DNA of 64,000 nt. Source: Lophium mytilinum. Lineage: Eukaryota. Both the position numbers and the translations under genes were made by a program. Shown piece by piece: positions 1 through 12,800 of this stretch. Under the pieces are notes generated by a model, which saw only the letters and a list, made by a program, of their open reading frames with translations, was not told the DNA's origin and made no database searches. Within the stretch, counting starts at the first letter, position 1. Each line of letters begins with the position of its first letter. The DNA lies in assembly GCA_010093605.1 (NCBI GenBank), contig MU004200.1, positions 620,001-684,000 of the forward strand. The letters run 5' to 3'.

Positions 1-1
1 G

Positions 2-2420
2 AAGATCAAGGTCTCCAACTCTTTCGATCCCATGAATTTAGATTGGGGTCTTATGCCGGTGGTGCAAAGTGGCGGACAATACGACTTGAAATTCAACTCC
101 GAGCCAGATGACCACAATCTACATGCTGGAGTTATTGTATCCGCTCTTGGTCTACGGTACTCCTCCTACATGTCCATGATAGGCCGAACATATATGGTGG
201 ACCCAAACAAAGCACAAGAGAACACCTACAAGCTCCTTTTGTCCATTCACGAGCTAGTCTTACACTCGATGAAGGATGGGGTCGTTGCCAAGGACATTTA
301 CAACAAGGCACTGAATCTCCTCAAGTCTAAGAAGCCTGATCTGGAGAAAAACTTTTTCAAGAATGTGGGCTATGGGATTGGAATTGAAAACAAGGACAAT
401 ACTCTTCTACTCTCCAGCAAAAACACCAGAGCGCTCAAAGACGGCATGACCTTCTGTGTGACAACCGGCTTCAACGATCTCAAGAACCCGGACCCTCAAG
501 ACAAGAAGAGCAACGTTTACTCTCTAGTTCTTATGGACACTGTTCGAGTCACTGCCACTGATGCCGCTGTTTTTACCAAAGATGCACCTTCAGACCTGGA
601 ATCCGTGTCTTTCTTCTTCAACGATGAAGAAGAGCCCGAAGCGAAGCCTAAGCCTAAGCGTGATTCTCGGATTGGGGCAGTCGCTCAAAAGAACGTCACG
701 AAGACGCGACTTCGTGCTGAGCGCTCAACGAATCAAGACGCCGAAAAAGAGAAGCAACGTCGTGAGCATCAGAAGGAGCTTCACGCGAAAAAGCAGAAGG
801 AGGGTTTGGCTCTGTATGGCAAGGGCGCTGGTGCTTTAAACGGCACGGAAGAGAAGAAGTTCAAGCGCTTCGAGTCCTACAAACGCGACGGTCAACTCCC
901 TACCAGCGTAAAGGACCTAGCCATCCATGTGGATCGAAAAAACTTTACCATACTACTCCCAATAATGGGTCGTCCGGTCCCGTTCCACATCAACACAATC
1001 AAGAACGCTTCGACGACTAGTGAAGGCGATTTCATCGCGTTGAGAATCAATTTCCTCTCTCCTGGGCAAGGTGTTGGGCGAAAAGATGATCAGCCCTTCG
1101 AAGATCCTACTGCCCACTTCATCCGGAGTCTAACATTCCGTTCCCGGGATGTTGATCGTATCGAGGACATCGCCAAGTCAATTACCGAGCTGAAGAAGGA
1201 CGTTGTGCGACGTGAACAAGAAAAGAAACAGATGGAGGATGTGGTTGAGCAGGACAAGCTGGTGACATTGAAGAGTAAGCTAATTTTCATGCACGCACTG
1301 TTCACTGAACTAACAATAGCTAGATCGCAAACCGTACAATCTCGACATGATCTTCCTACGCCCTCCACTCGACGGCAAGCGTGTTCCTGGTACCATCGCC
1401 ATTCATCAGAATGGTCTCCGTTACGTCCACGGAAATGGTACTCAAACCGTCGATGTTCTTTTCTCGAACATCAAGCACCTCTTTTTCCAGCCCTGTCAGC
1501 ATGAGCTGATCGTCATCATCCACATTCACCTCAAGAACCCACTGATGATTGGGAAGAAGAAGGCACGAGACATCCAGTTCTTCCGAGAAGCCACAGAAAT
1601 GGCCTTCGACGAGACTGGAAACCGCAAGCGACGACACAAGTTCGGCGACGAAGAAGAATTCGAGCAGGAGCAGGACGAACGAAGGCGCCGTGCTGCGCTT
1701 GACAAGGAGTTCAAGAGCTTCGCCGAGAAGATCTCGGACGCTGCCCGAGGCGAAGGCGTCGCTGTCGACGTACCTTTCCGCGAACTTGGGTTCAACGGTG
1801 TTCCCTCGCGATCCTCGGTGCTCATCCAACCCACAACCGACTGCTTGGTTCAACTCACCGAGCCACCGTTCCTTTGTCTGACCCTGAGCGAGCTTGAAGT
1901 CGTACACCTCGAGCGCGTGCAGTTTGGGCTCCGGAACTTCGACATGGTGCTCGTGTTCAGAGATTACAACCGCACTCCTGCGCATGTCAACACCATCCCC
2001 GTCGAGAATCTCGAGGCCGTAAAGGATTGGCTTGACAGCGTCGAACTTCCGTTCTCCGAGGGCCCGCTCAACCTCAACTGGGCGCAGATCATGAAGACAG
2101 TCGTACAGGACCCGCATACGTTCTTCGTCGACGGTGGATGGAGTTTCCTCGGAGACGAGTCCGACGACGAAGGCGGCGAGGAGAGCGAGCCGGAAAGCGA
2201 GTTTGTGGAGAGCGAGGACGTCGAAGGCTCAGACGAAAGCTCCGAAGACGGCAGCGACTTTGACGAGAATGCGTCGGCTGAGGCGAGCGATGAAGCGAGT
2301 GATGATGATGAGGAAAGCGCAGGCGAAGACTGGGATGTGCTGGAGAAGAAGGCGAAAAAGAAGGATAGGGAGGCTGGGCTCTCTGACGAGGAGGACAATA
2401 GCAGGAGGCGGAAGCGATAA
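2..2420 (+). CDS. SPT16: FACT complex subunit Spt16 (5' end lies outside the window); intron 1275-1323
   Basis: Peptidase-M24-like region, [41 protein letters not shown] and an acidic C-terminus. The intron gtaagc...ctaac...tag joins ORFs 32-1504 and 1347-2420 in frame ([13 protein letters not shown]). Confidence 0.97.
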
Positions 2421-5400
2421 ATTTGATCTACGAGCAACGGTTGGGTATGGAGTATACCCCTTTTCTGCGTGCCATATAATGAGTTGGCATGGATGCTTGA
2501 GAGGTTTGTTTCCTTTGCGTTGCGGATTCGCCCGGGAAATATGAAGGGGGTGCGGAAGGGATTTGCTTCCCTGCGTTTCTTTGGCGGGCACAGGATTCCT
2601 CTGAAACATCGGCTTTCCCGGCGTTTCAGTGAGACTTGCGAGGAATAAAACGGTGTGAGCTAGTTGGAAAACTGTTGATGGAGTCGTGAAGTCATGAAAA
2701 TGCGAATTTCAAACCATCCTATTCAGGTCGTTTGATAATACATCTTGCTGCGGACTCTGCTCGTCGAGTCAAAGCGAACAATTTCCTCTCCCTCCATCAA
2801 TCCCTTCGCTTACGGCTAACTCATTAGCGTAAATCACGTGTTCACCCTTTTTTGGCAACGCTCTATAATTGCTCTTTTCCCTCCCTCCCCTCTCTCCTTG
2901 CTTGCCTCACGGACCCCCCTCACGAAGAAACGCTCGTCAGCCCCGTGGCCCCTCCACAAGCCCATCCTTAACTTCATTCACTACCCCACCCCTCTACACA
3001 TCTTCCACTCCCTTTCCCGGTCTCGGGAGGAGAGTGCGCGGGCGGCTGTTTCCTCTCCTTTCTTCCTCTCTCCCACCACCCCCCCAAGCAACCCCTCCGT
3101 CTCCCTCACCCACCGCCTAACTCTCTCCACTCTATCCCTCAATAGCCGAGCGTGTGCTCAAATAGCTCGGCGAGCTGGTATGGCTCGGTGGGGTCTAGCA
3201 CCTCGAGCGCGGATGCGGGCCGCGAGCGCGGCCTCGAGGGCGAGGGGCGGCGGCGGCGGCGGTGTTGGTGGTGTTGGTGGTGGTAGTAGTGATGGAAAGA
3301 GGGGGGTTAGTAAGGAAGATTTGGGGAAGGGGCGGCATTACTACTGGGCGTTGGCGTGAGGATTGTGGTGGTGCTGGGAGCTAGCGGAGCACGAGAGCGA
3401 GATTGGGAAATTGTGAGGTAGAGCGGTAGGTGCGGGGGTTTGGTGGCATGTGGAGAGGGAGTTTGAGGAGTGCAAACGTTTTTGGGGGGTTGTTGTGGGG
3501 CGCCTGGCGGTCTTTTCTGGGGGTGGGCTTGGGAGGTTGGGGATGGTGGGTTGTGCTTGGGGCCGGGCGGGAATAGTGGTAGGTAGAGTGCTGCGGTTGC
3601 GTGGTTTAGAGCGGGGATTGGGGCGGTTTGGAGTCGTGGGGTTTAGGGGGTTCGTGGGTACTGTCCTGTGCGCTGTTGCAGTCGATTAAGGCACATGAAG
3701 CTGTGTGAAGAAGGAGAGAAAAGGTTATACGTGCAAGGACAGAGAGAGAACGTGAGGAAAAGGAGGGGCGCTTTTCGCTGAGCGTGCGACAGAGTTGTTG
3801 TTGATATAGGCTGGTTTGAGGTGGGCTTGGGGATGGTTGTGATGGTGGTACGAAGAGCGGTGCTGTCGATACGGGACACCTTCTGGCAGTGAGTGGTGCC
3901 AATGTGCTCCATGATACTTAGGAGATAGGTTAATTGGCGGCTCCTTGGCTTGTAAGTGTAGAGGCTTGACAGACGCCGCCCGTGTCTAAGCTATCCATTT
4001 GGAAATACTTAAATAGAGTATCGACGAGGGGATATCTTTGAAGTCGTAGTATGCACTACGAAAGATCTCTCGAAGGCGTGGGCAAGGTCCGGTGATGCAG
4101 AGGTGTGGGAAGTGCATTCTTTCCAAGAATTGTTCTCTCTTGAGATTGCTGTTTAAAGAGATGTGGTATTCCATTCAGGCATTCCAAATAGACGCATAAA
4201 AGCGATGTCTCACATCTGGTCATGGACAAATCGACAAACAGTAGGTCTTGGAGCACGACAGCTGGGTTTGGAACACGACAACACGATAGAGTACTGAATG
4301 GAGAAGCGAGATAAGTGATGAAAATAGAATTTGGAATGCTACGAGAACAGGACAGAGTACGAGGATAGTACGGAGTACCAGAGAAGCAAACAAAATGGAC
4401 CTTCCCCGCAAAGAGCACTCAGGACTAATCAGTTACCGGAAATAGAACAGCGCAAACCCGACGTCTAATCAGCGCGATCTCGATGCAGCAACTCGCACCT
4501 CTCGTTCCTCCAAGCGGCGATCTTACCGCGACGGGCACGTCGCCGGTATCACGGAGAAGTAGGGCGAGGTGCTCAATCAGACGATCGAGGGCCTAGATGG
4601 CGGTTGCGAATGTATTGGCTGGGAGGCGGGACGGCGACCTGCTCGATCAGACCAGGCGGGCGACAGGGTGCCCGTTCAGTTTGCTAGTAGAAGCGAGGGA
4701 CGGCGATCTCGTGATATGGGACGTGACTTCAACGCCGTCGCAGAGACTGGCGTGAGCATGAGGTTGTTGAGTTGTGCTAAAATTTACCTAAGAAGCGCAA
4801 AGCTAGGAGCGTGGGTCTGGCCGTAGAGGTCCGAATTTTTACGAGAGAAAGTAAGGTGTCAGTTGGTGGGTGAATGACGAATGTATAGAGTCCATATTGC
4901 ATACGAAGTTCTATCACGTGATCCCGTAAAGTACCCACAAAGGTAATCTGTTACCAAATCAGAAACCCCACATGAAAGATGGATTCGGGAGAGCCTAGAC
5001 AGCAGCGGAGAGAGGTGTATGCAGTTTGCGGGTATGATTGGGCGACTGAAGTGTACCTGTCAGCGAAAGCTCCCTGGCAGTTGCATAGAGCCGCTGTCCA
5101 GGTCGACGGCGTCAGCACTCTATCCAGGCGGCCGTGCGTCTTCTCGAGCGCGCGAAGAATTCGCTCCATGCAGCAGATCACCGTCAAACCCCAACCCCCT
5201 CCCAGCACCCTTTGCCGCGGTGTGGCGGCTACGGGGCCAACAAGCAATCTTGGCATGCTGTCAAGCACATCAAGCAGCAAGCTAGCCAAGCAAAGATAAG
5301 AGCCTTAAGCCGAAACCTTGCTTGGACCCGGGTTTGAAAGATGGATGGCCTGACCCTAACCCGGCGCCCATCACGCACAACAGCGATGGGCATAACAGGC

Positions 5401-7208
5401 AACGGGTGCTTGCATGCCTCTTCCTGGAGTTTTTGCGAGGCCACGGACCCAACGGAGCCAACGGAGCCACACTTCGCTCCTGCCGTTCAGGGTCGCACCC
5501 AGGGCTGTGGCCAGTGGGTGGCGTGGCGAAGTGGCTCGGGAGAAGCGGCGTGGAAGAAATTTCGAAGGTTGGAAGCTGAGGATCGGCCTCCCCATCGCCA
5601 CCAGAAGCCTTATCTCTGACGGCACACACCACCTGCTGCAATCAAGGTTTGGATAGCCGTTCAGCAGACCCCGCCGGTGATGGAGGTGCCGCTCGCGATG
5701 CATGGAGGCGGTCGAGAGGCGTTCTGAGGTCGCAATGGCTCTCGCAATCGCAATCAGCGGGCCTAGCTCGACGCCGCTGCCTCAGGCCCCAGTGAGGCCA
5801 TGGCTTCTAGAAGGCGCGGTGATAGGCCAGCACTGCTCGAGGTGACATTTGAAGCTGGAGAAACATGCACGGTACTCCGGACAAGCCACCAACCACCGGG
5901 AGCCGCCGATGTATGGCTGCTTGCCGACTACCTTCCCGCAGCCGTTTGAAGCCATCATTCGACATGGGTGGCCTGATGGAGAATTGGTCGCCGTCTTGTC
6001 GCAACCGCTGGGCACCAAGGTGCGATATTTTGCGCCTCCCGCCATTGACCCAGCTGTCAGCGTCGCACATCGGGGCATCGACTCCCGTTTGTTCACGCCA
6101 TGCCTCCCACGCGCATGCTGAAGGCGAGCACCGCGTCGTCGACTTGCGATCCTACACGGAGTACAGTAGTACTGCCGCTGAAAAGCGCCGTGCAAAGGTA
6201 GCTTCCGGGTATATGCACGCCAGGGACGTCGCCAGTCTAGTTCTGCACCAGAAGCTTAACCTCCGCTGGCCCCGCTGGGAGATTCGTCTACCCGCAAGCA
6301 GAAGGTGGAAGCATGATGGACGGCCAATTGAATTGAGGTCTCGGCAGACCCTCTCGAACGCGTTCTCGGCTGACGACTGTGGCATTGCTTGACGCGGCGC
6401 CCCTTCAGCGAAAGTGGCAGTTCACTGATCTTATCTGAAACTCCCTGGATATAGTGGTATACTTCGACTACACACTTCCGATATACACCTGCCTAGCACC
6501 GTCTAGGTCCTTTGATATATTGTCAAGATTTGGTCATGTGTGATTTAACAAGCCTAAGAGGTTGCTGGCGACCTCGAACAGTTTGAACTGCTACGTTCTT
6601 TTCGCGAGCATTTATGAGCGAGTGCGAAGTTCCATGTCAAAATCTCTAGCTCTCGGTAGGTACACACTCTCTCTCTAGACTTGCTGTATAAACTAGCCAA
6701 GCATTCCTCGAGTTTCTCCAATGCATGATTAGAAAGGGCACAAAACGAGAGTTCCCCGGGCCAGCTACCTACAAAGTGCCAAGGTGAACTGCCACTTTAT
6801 GCGCAAGGAATGGCGCCCTGTGCCGAATCCAAATGGAGGCCCCACTCCGGGACCAGGGCCAATTCATCATGGTGTCCATCCCGGTCACCTCTCGCCCCAC
6901 GGCCACACGGCCGTCCCCAAACGCAGTGCCATCCACAACCACGGCTATGCCGTCAATTGGACGCGGGCCGCTGTTTGCCGCTGGAGTCGTGATGGTCGCG
7001 CCTTCCAGATCATCTACGACCTTCCCAATCTGGCCTGCCCTTGATAGCTGTCTCTGTGCGACGGAGCACGCGACCGAGGCCAGTCAATCTCCAGTGCGGA
7101 GGAAGTATATTAACCCTCCACACGCCTGCAACATAACCTCCCCAGCGCGAGCCCGTCTCAATACCTCACCACCATATTTCCCGTCAATCCACACGACAAG
7201 TCCCCACC

Positions 7209-9201
7209 ATGCCTGGCGACATCACTGACGTCGTACGTATCCTGCGTCGCATACAGCTGTACAACACCACTAACTCTCCCTCAGTACGCGGGTGCACGGC
7301 ACGATCCTGCCCTGATCGAAGCTTCTGGCGACCCTCATCGCAAGCTGTCCGTCACTGACCATGTCACTGAGCCCCCGCCAATGTTCGCCGGCGAGAAGAC
7401 GCACCAGGCCGACTACCTCGAGACCGACTCCACACACTCCACCCTCCCCACCGAAGAGGAGCTGCACACGCTCCGCCGCGTGCCCGACAAGATCCCCCTA
7501 AAGGCATTCACCATCGCCTACATCGAGTTGGCAGAGCGACTTTCCTACTACGGCACCACCCAGGTCTTCGTCAACTTCATCTCTTCGCCAAACCCGGGCA
7601 CCTCTACAGGCAAAGCTGTCAACCCCAGTGCTGCCGATGCCCAACCTGGTGCGCTCGGTATGGGCCAGCAAGCCTCTACCGGCCTCACCACTTTCAACCA
7701 GTTCTGGGTCTACCTGATTCCTCTCTTCGGTGCCTACGTTGCCGACACCTATCTCGGTCGCTACAAGACTATCGTCTGGTCCGTTGGGATTGCCATCATC
7801 GGCCATGTAATCCTCACTGCCTCTGCTGCCCCGGCTGTCATTGAGAAGCCCCACAGCGCTCTCGCCGCCTTCATCATCGGCTTGATCATTATGGGCATTG
7901 GCACTGGTGGTTTCAAGCCCAACATTTCTCCTCTCGTTGCTGAGCAGATCCCACGCGAGACCATGCACGTCAAGACTCTTCCCAAGACAGGCGAGCGCGT
8001 GATTGTGGACCCTGCCGTTACTACCGCCAGAGTCTACAACTGGTTCTATCTATTCATCAACATCGGTGCTTTGATTGGCCAGCTCTCTATGGCCTACGCC
8101 GAGCGTTACGTCGGATTCTACCTGTCCTTCATGCTTCCTACCCTCTTCTTCTGCAGCACCTTGCCTATCCTCTACTTCTGCCGCGGCATGTACACCCGAC
8201 GCGCTCCTGAGGGCAGCGTGCTCGGCCCTGCCTTCAAGCTCCTGCTTAGGGCTTCCAAAGGTCGCTGGCATCTTAGCCCTATCGCTACCTGGAAGCACAT
8301 GAACGATGGCACCTTCTGGGACGCGGTCAAGCCCTCCAACTTCGGCGCCAACAAGCCTACCTGGATGACTTTCGACGACGCCTGGGTAGACGAGGTCGGT
8401 CGTGGCTGGGCCGCCTGCAGCGTTTTCCTCTGGGTCCCTCTATATTGGATTACCTACAACCAGATCAACAACAACCTGACATCGCAGGCCGCAACCATGT
8501 CTCTTCATGGAGTGCCCAACGATGTTCTCTCCAACCTGGACCCGTTCGCGTTGATCATCTTCATCCCCATCTGCGATCTTTTCCTCTACCCATTCCTGAG
8601 GAAGCGCGGTATCCGTTTCACTCCCATCAAGAAGATTGCCGCCGGGTTCTGGATGGGTTCCGCGGCCATGATTTGCGCCTGCGTTGTCCAACATTACATG
8701 TACGTTCCTCGCCTCCTCTTCACATTGAACCTAGACTAACACTAAATCAGCTACAAAACCTCCACCTGTGGTAGCCACGCCGGCGGTGATGACTGCTCCT
8801 CCCCGATCAACGTCTGGGCCCAGACCCCGTCCTACGTTCTGATTGCCCTCTCCGAGATCTTCGCCTCCATCACGACCCTCGAGTACGGTTTCTCCAAGGC
8901 ACCCAAGAACATGCGTTCGCTCGTTGCAGCCTTCGCCCTGTTCATGTCTGCCATCTCTGCTGCTATCGGCGAGGCCTTCGTCCCGCTCTCCACCGACCCC
9001 CTTCTCGTATGGAACTACGGCTCCATGGCTGTCATCTCCTTCTGCGCTGGATGCATTTTCTACTTCCAGTACCGATCCCTAGATCGCGAGGAGGACCACC
9101 TGAACATGCTCCCTACCGGCCACGTCGGCACAGCTGCTCAGCTCGAGGATGTGGAGCGGAGGTTGAGTGTGGTCAGCGTGAACCACGAGGAGAAGTTGTA
9201 G
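7209..9201 (+). CDS. PTR2: POT/PTR2-family di/tripeptide:H+ symporter; introns 7233-7284 and 8700-8750
   Basis: ELAERLSYYG (ExxERxxYYG), GAYVADTYLGRYKTI, GTGGFKPNIS, WFYLFINIG and KAPKNMRS motifs. Canonical gtacgt...ctaac...cag introns restore the frame. Confidence 0.95.
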
Positions 9202-9871
9202 ATGCGGAAGAGCTATGCGGTTGTTTCTTAATAATGCTTAATTATGAGGCATATGGGAAAGACAAAAAGGATCTTGGTAATGGTGTAGACATGCGCTACT
9301 GGATCGGACTATACCCTGAGAATATCATAAGATTTCACATATCAATGATTTGCTTTTGAATCTGATACGACTGCTAGCCTGCGAGAAACGCTTTGCTGCA
9401 TCTAACACAAAGTCTCTTAATCCACTCCTGAATACTTCTCTCATACCAATACCTCTTGCTTGCAGCTTCTGTCATCAACCCTCTCACTCCTGTCACTTCT
9501 CTTCCCGTAGTCGCGACCTTCGATTTCACACTATGTCTTCTCAGTATAGGTAAAACTCCGTTCATACTACTACATCCCGACGAAATTGTTAGGTAGGACA
9601 TAACCTTAAAAAACCAGTCCTCGTGGAAATCCCCATCCCCTATATCATCTTCCATTACTTCCAAACTCATCCATTCTACACCCCCCCATAACTCCCCCAA
9701 TTTCTCAACTCCCAACACAAAGAAAAGAAAACTTCTCATCCCCCACCCAAAGCATTAAGTGTGAGCAACACATCCACAAAACCCATTCTCCCACCCAACT
9801 CCTCCCAAACTCCGAAAAACCCACACTACCAACTCTACATCCCCCCCCCCTTCTTCCCCCCGCGCGCGGAA

Positions 9872-12800
9872 CTAAACCATCACCTCCCCCAACCCCGCCA
9901 CCCCCAACGCCCCCAAGCCCCCGATATCCACGGCTAGCTGCAGCAGATTCGTGACGCCCATGATGATCGCGAGACTCCATAGCCCCCACGTGATGCGCGT
10001 GACGTGGTATTCGTCTAGTGAGTTTGAAGAGGAGGTGGTGTTTTTAGCGGTTGAGGTGGGTGTGGAGAGGTCCGAGGCGGCGGGCGTGAAGGGGAGCCAT
10101 TCAGGGAGGGTGGTGGGGTGGGAGATTGGAGGTTGGGGGGTGGCGAGGATGGAGGGGGAGGGGGTGGGGTTGGGGGTGGAGGGAGAGGAAGAGGGGGAGG
10201 AGGAAGGGGGGGAGGAAGGGGAGGGAGCGGGGGAGTGGTGGCCAGGGGCGTGGTCGGTTTGTGAGGAGGCTACTGGTGTTGACTGGAGCGGCGAGGAGGG
10301 GGCGGGAGATGGTGGTAGGGGGGTTGGTGGGGATGGTGCTAAGGAGACTGGCGAGGATGGTGCTGCGGAGGGTGGTGGGGATGTGGCAGCAGGAGCTGGT
10401 GAGGATGGAGTAGCCTGAGTGGGCGAGGATAGAGCCACAGACGTCGGTGAGGATGCTGCTGCGTGAGTGGGTGAGGATAGTGCAGCAGAAGTCGATGGGG
10501 ATGTAGCCGCAGGGATTGGAGACGATGCAACCGACTGAACCGAATGGGCTGGGGTATAGAGAACTTTGGAGCTGTAGCCCGGGGCCGTGGCGACCCAGCA
10601 ACCCGTCCATGTCTGCGTCAATTCTACTACGGAGGTGGCGCCGCCGAGTGGGAGGATGGTTTCGGTGGTTGTATAGACACAGCTGGGGTCCCAGAAGGGT
10701 GGAATCCAGGTGCCGGTGGTTGTTGATGGCGAGGAAGGTTTGGGAGCTGGCGAGTGGTATGACGCTGTTGGCGACCCGTGGGTCGAGGGCCAGGAATAGG
10801 CTATCTCTGGGAAAGGCCTCGAGGATGGTGTCATTGGGATATAACTTGAGGACGGGATTAATGAGCTAGGGCTTGAGAATGGTGTCACGAGGACAAAGAT
10901 TGAAGATGGTGTCGCTGGGACTACAGCATCATGCCCATCGTTCAAGTTCCCAGCTTCAGGCTGAGGCCGAAAAGGGGTCAAAGAAGAAGAAGAAGACGAA
11001 GAGGTGGCGTTGCCTAACAGCCTCCCTGGTGTTGTCGCAGGAGACGTCGGTGCAGTCCCTGAGGAAAAGGGGCCCCAGTACATGCTCATCGCTTCCAGCT
11101 CCCGCTTCTTTATCGCATCCTTGGCCACGGACTCAGATGCTTGAGCTTCAATAGCGCTCTCATACGCCATATCCGAGACCGTATGCTCCATCTTCTTCTT
11201 CGGGTTCTCAGCCTTCGTGGTCCTACGTCCTCGCGGTGTTAGCCACCACCTCGCGAACCAGCCCGATCGCGCGCTGTTAGGGCTCGGCGATACCTGGCGC
11301 ACCTCGGCGCGACGTACGACCGTTGTGATTGTCAATGTGGACGTATGTGCTATCTTTGGAAAGTCGGAAGAAGTCGCATGCCATGGTGATGTAGTCGACG
11401 TTAGGGATGAGGATCCGTAAACGACCTCCCATAGTGAGGGTGTCGATGAGGGAGTCGATGTGAGCGTCTGCGTCGGCAGGTCCCAAGACATCGCGATCGA
11501 GGGCCACGAATGTAAGTGTGCAGCCTGGCTTGTACCTGGCTTACTTTGGTTGCTCGTTGCCGATTTCTGCGTATTGGTAGCCGAGACGTAGGAAATCGGG
11601 CAAACATATGCAGTGGAAGTGTGGTTATAACCCGTTGTTCTGCTTCTCTGGGTGGCATTCGATACAGACAGCGGATGGCTGACATGTGAAATCAATCCGG
11701 TGGCAGAGTGTGACGTGTGCTGCGTATTGTGAGTCGAATTACTGGTTGACTCCACGAGAGCCCTGCGCAGATGGCCAAGCTCTACATTTGCACGGACTGG
11801 AGGTGCGTCCGGCACCTGCATCGTCTTGGTCACGAGGATTGAGGCTATAATCGTATAAAGGACCGTCTCCGTGCTCACAGATGCATGTGATTGAAACGAG
11901 AGGTCCGAGTAATGCATACCTCGCTGTCCCGATCTAGGGTTGGGTTGCACAGAAGGGGGCGTGGGCTCAGGCAGGCTCGAGAGTGGAGGTAAACCCGGAT
12001 TTGGTGATCCTTGCGGCAACTTGCTCGGTGGTCGAGAAATCTGAGCTATCGACTTATATATTCCGGTCACCTCCACAGTTGACTCCCCCAATGCGGCTAT
12101 TTGAGTTGAAGAAGCAGCTGGTTGACCTATTCCAGCGCCCGCAGGTTTTGATGACAAGCTCGCGGCGCTCGATCCCGGCCCAGGGATCTTTGCAATACTG
12201 GGTTGAGCCACTCCCGACGCCGGCGATTGCAGGTGCGCTCCAGTCTTCGGCGGTGTGTCCGAGTAGGTATAATCCGGGAACACCGTCGGCAACCCTTCTG
12301 GCATGCTCACAGCACCGATAGTCGCACCAGGAGCTTCAGCTGATGAATTCCCCAGCGGACTCGAAACAGCAGGGGCAGATCCGGTAGGCTGGATATTTTT
12401 CGCCGTATTGGTAGGAAGACCACTGTATCCCTGGGCATCATAGGAGTTACTCGGGCCAGGAATCCGCTCATTCCCACAGAAATCGTCTCCAGTACCGCAG
12501 AAGCCCCATCGAGAGCAGCAGTCGCCGAAACCAGAGCCCTGACAGACCCAGCCGCTGTTGCTTGCTCCACACAATCCATTTGGAGAGATGCCACCGGTTG
12601 GTGATGAAGCTGCAGTGTTCGAGGGTAATCCAGGTTGAGCACTGAGAGTTGCTCCGGCAGGCGGAAGAATCGTCGACGGAGCCTGGTTTGAGATTGCTGG
12701 CCCAGATACAGCCTGCATAGATGAGGGTTTTCCACAGAACTCGTCACCAGTGCCGCAGAAGCCCCATTGAGAACAGCAATCGCCGAAGCCTGAGCCTTGA

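Noticed and set aside
1356..2437. Long antisense ORFs over SPT16 (similar shadows occur over PTR2, HET and BVMO genes)
   Set aside because: They are shadow ORFs caused by codon bias.
2838..3912. Strongly skewed C-rich/G-rich stretch with (GGC)n/(GGT)n runs and short ORFs on both strands
   Set aside because: No recognisable motif. The most protein-like minus frame is broken by stops. It may be a decayed gene, but this is not supportable.
4000..7200. Many short ORFs and scattered GATAAG sites upstream of PTR2
   Set aside because: The ORFs lack domain or splice support. A few GATA words in 3 kb are close to chance expectation, although nitrogen regulation is plausible.
9951..10530. G-rich plus-strand ORFs and G-quadruplex-like runs
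   Set aside because: These are simply the antisense of Pro/Ser codons in the mucin gene.
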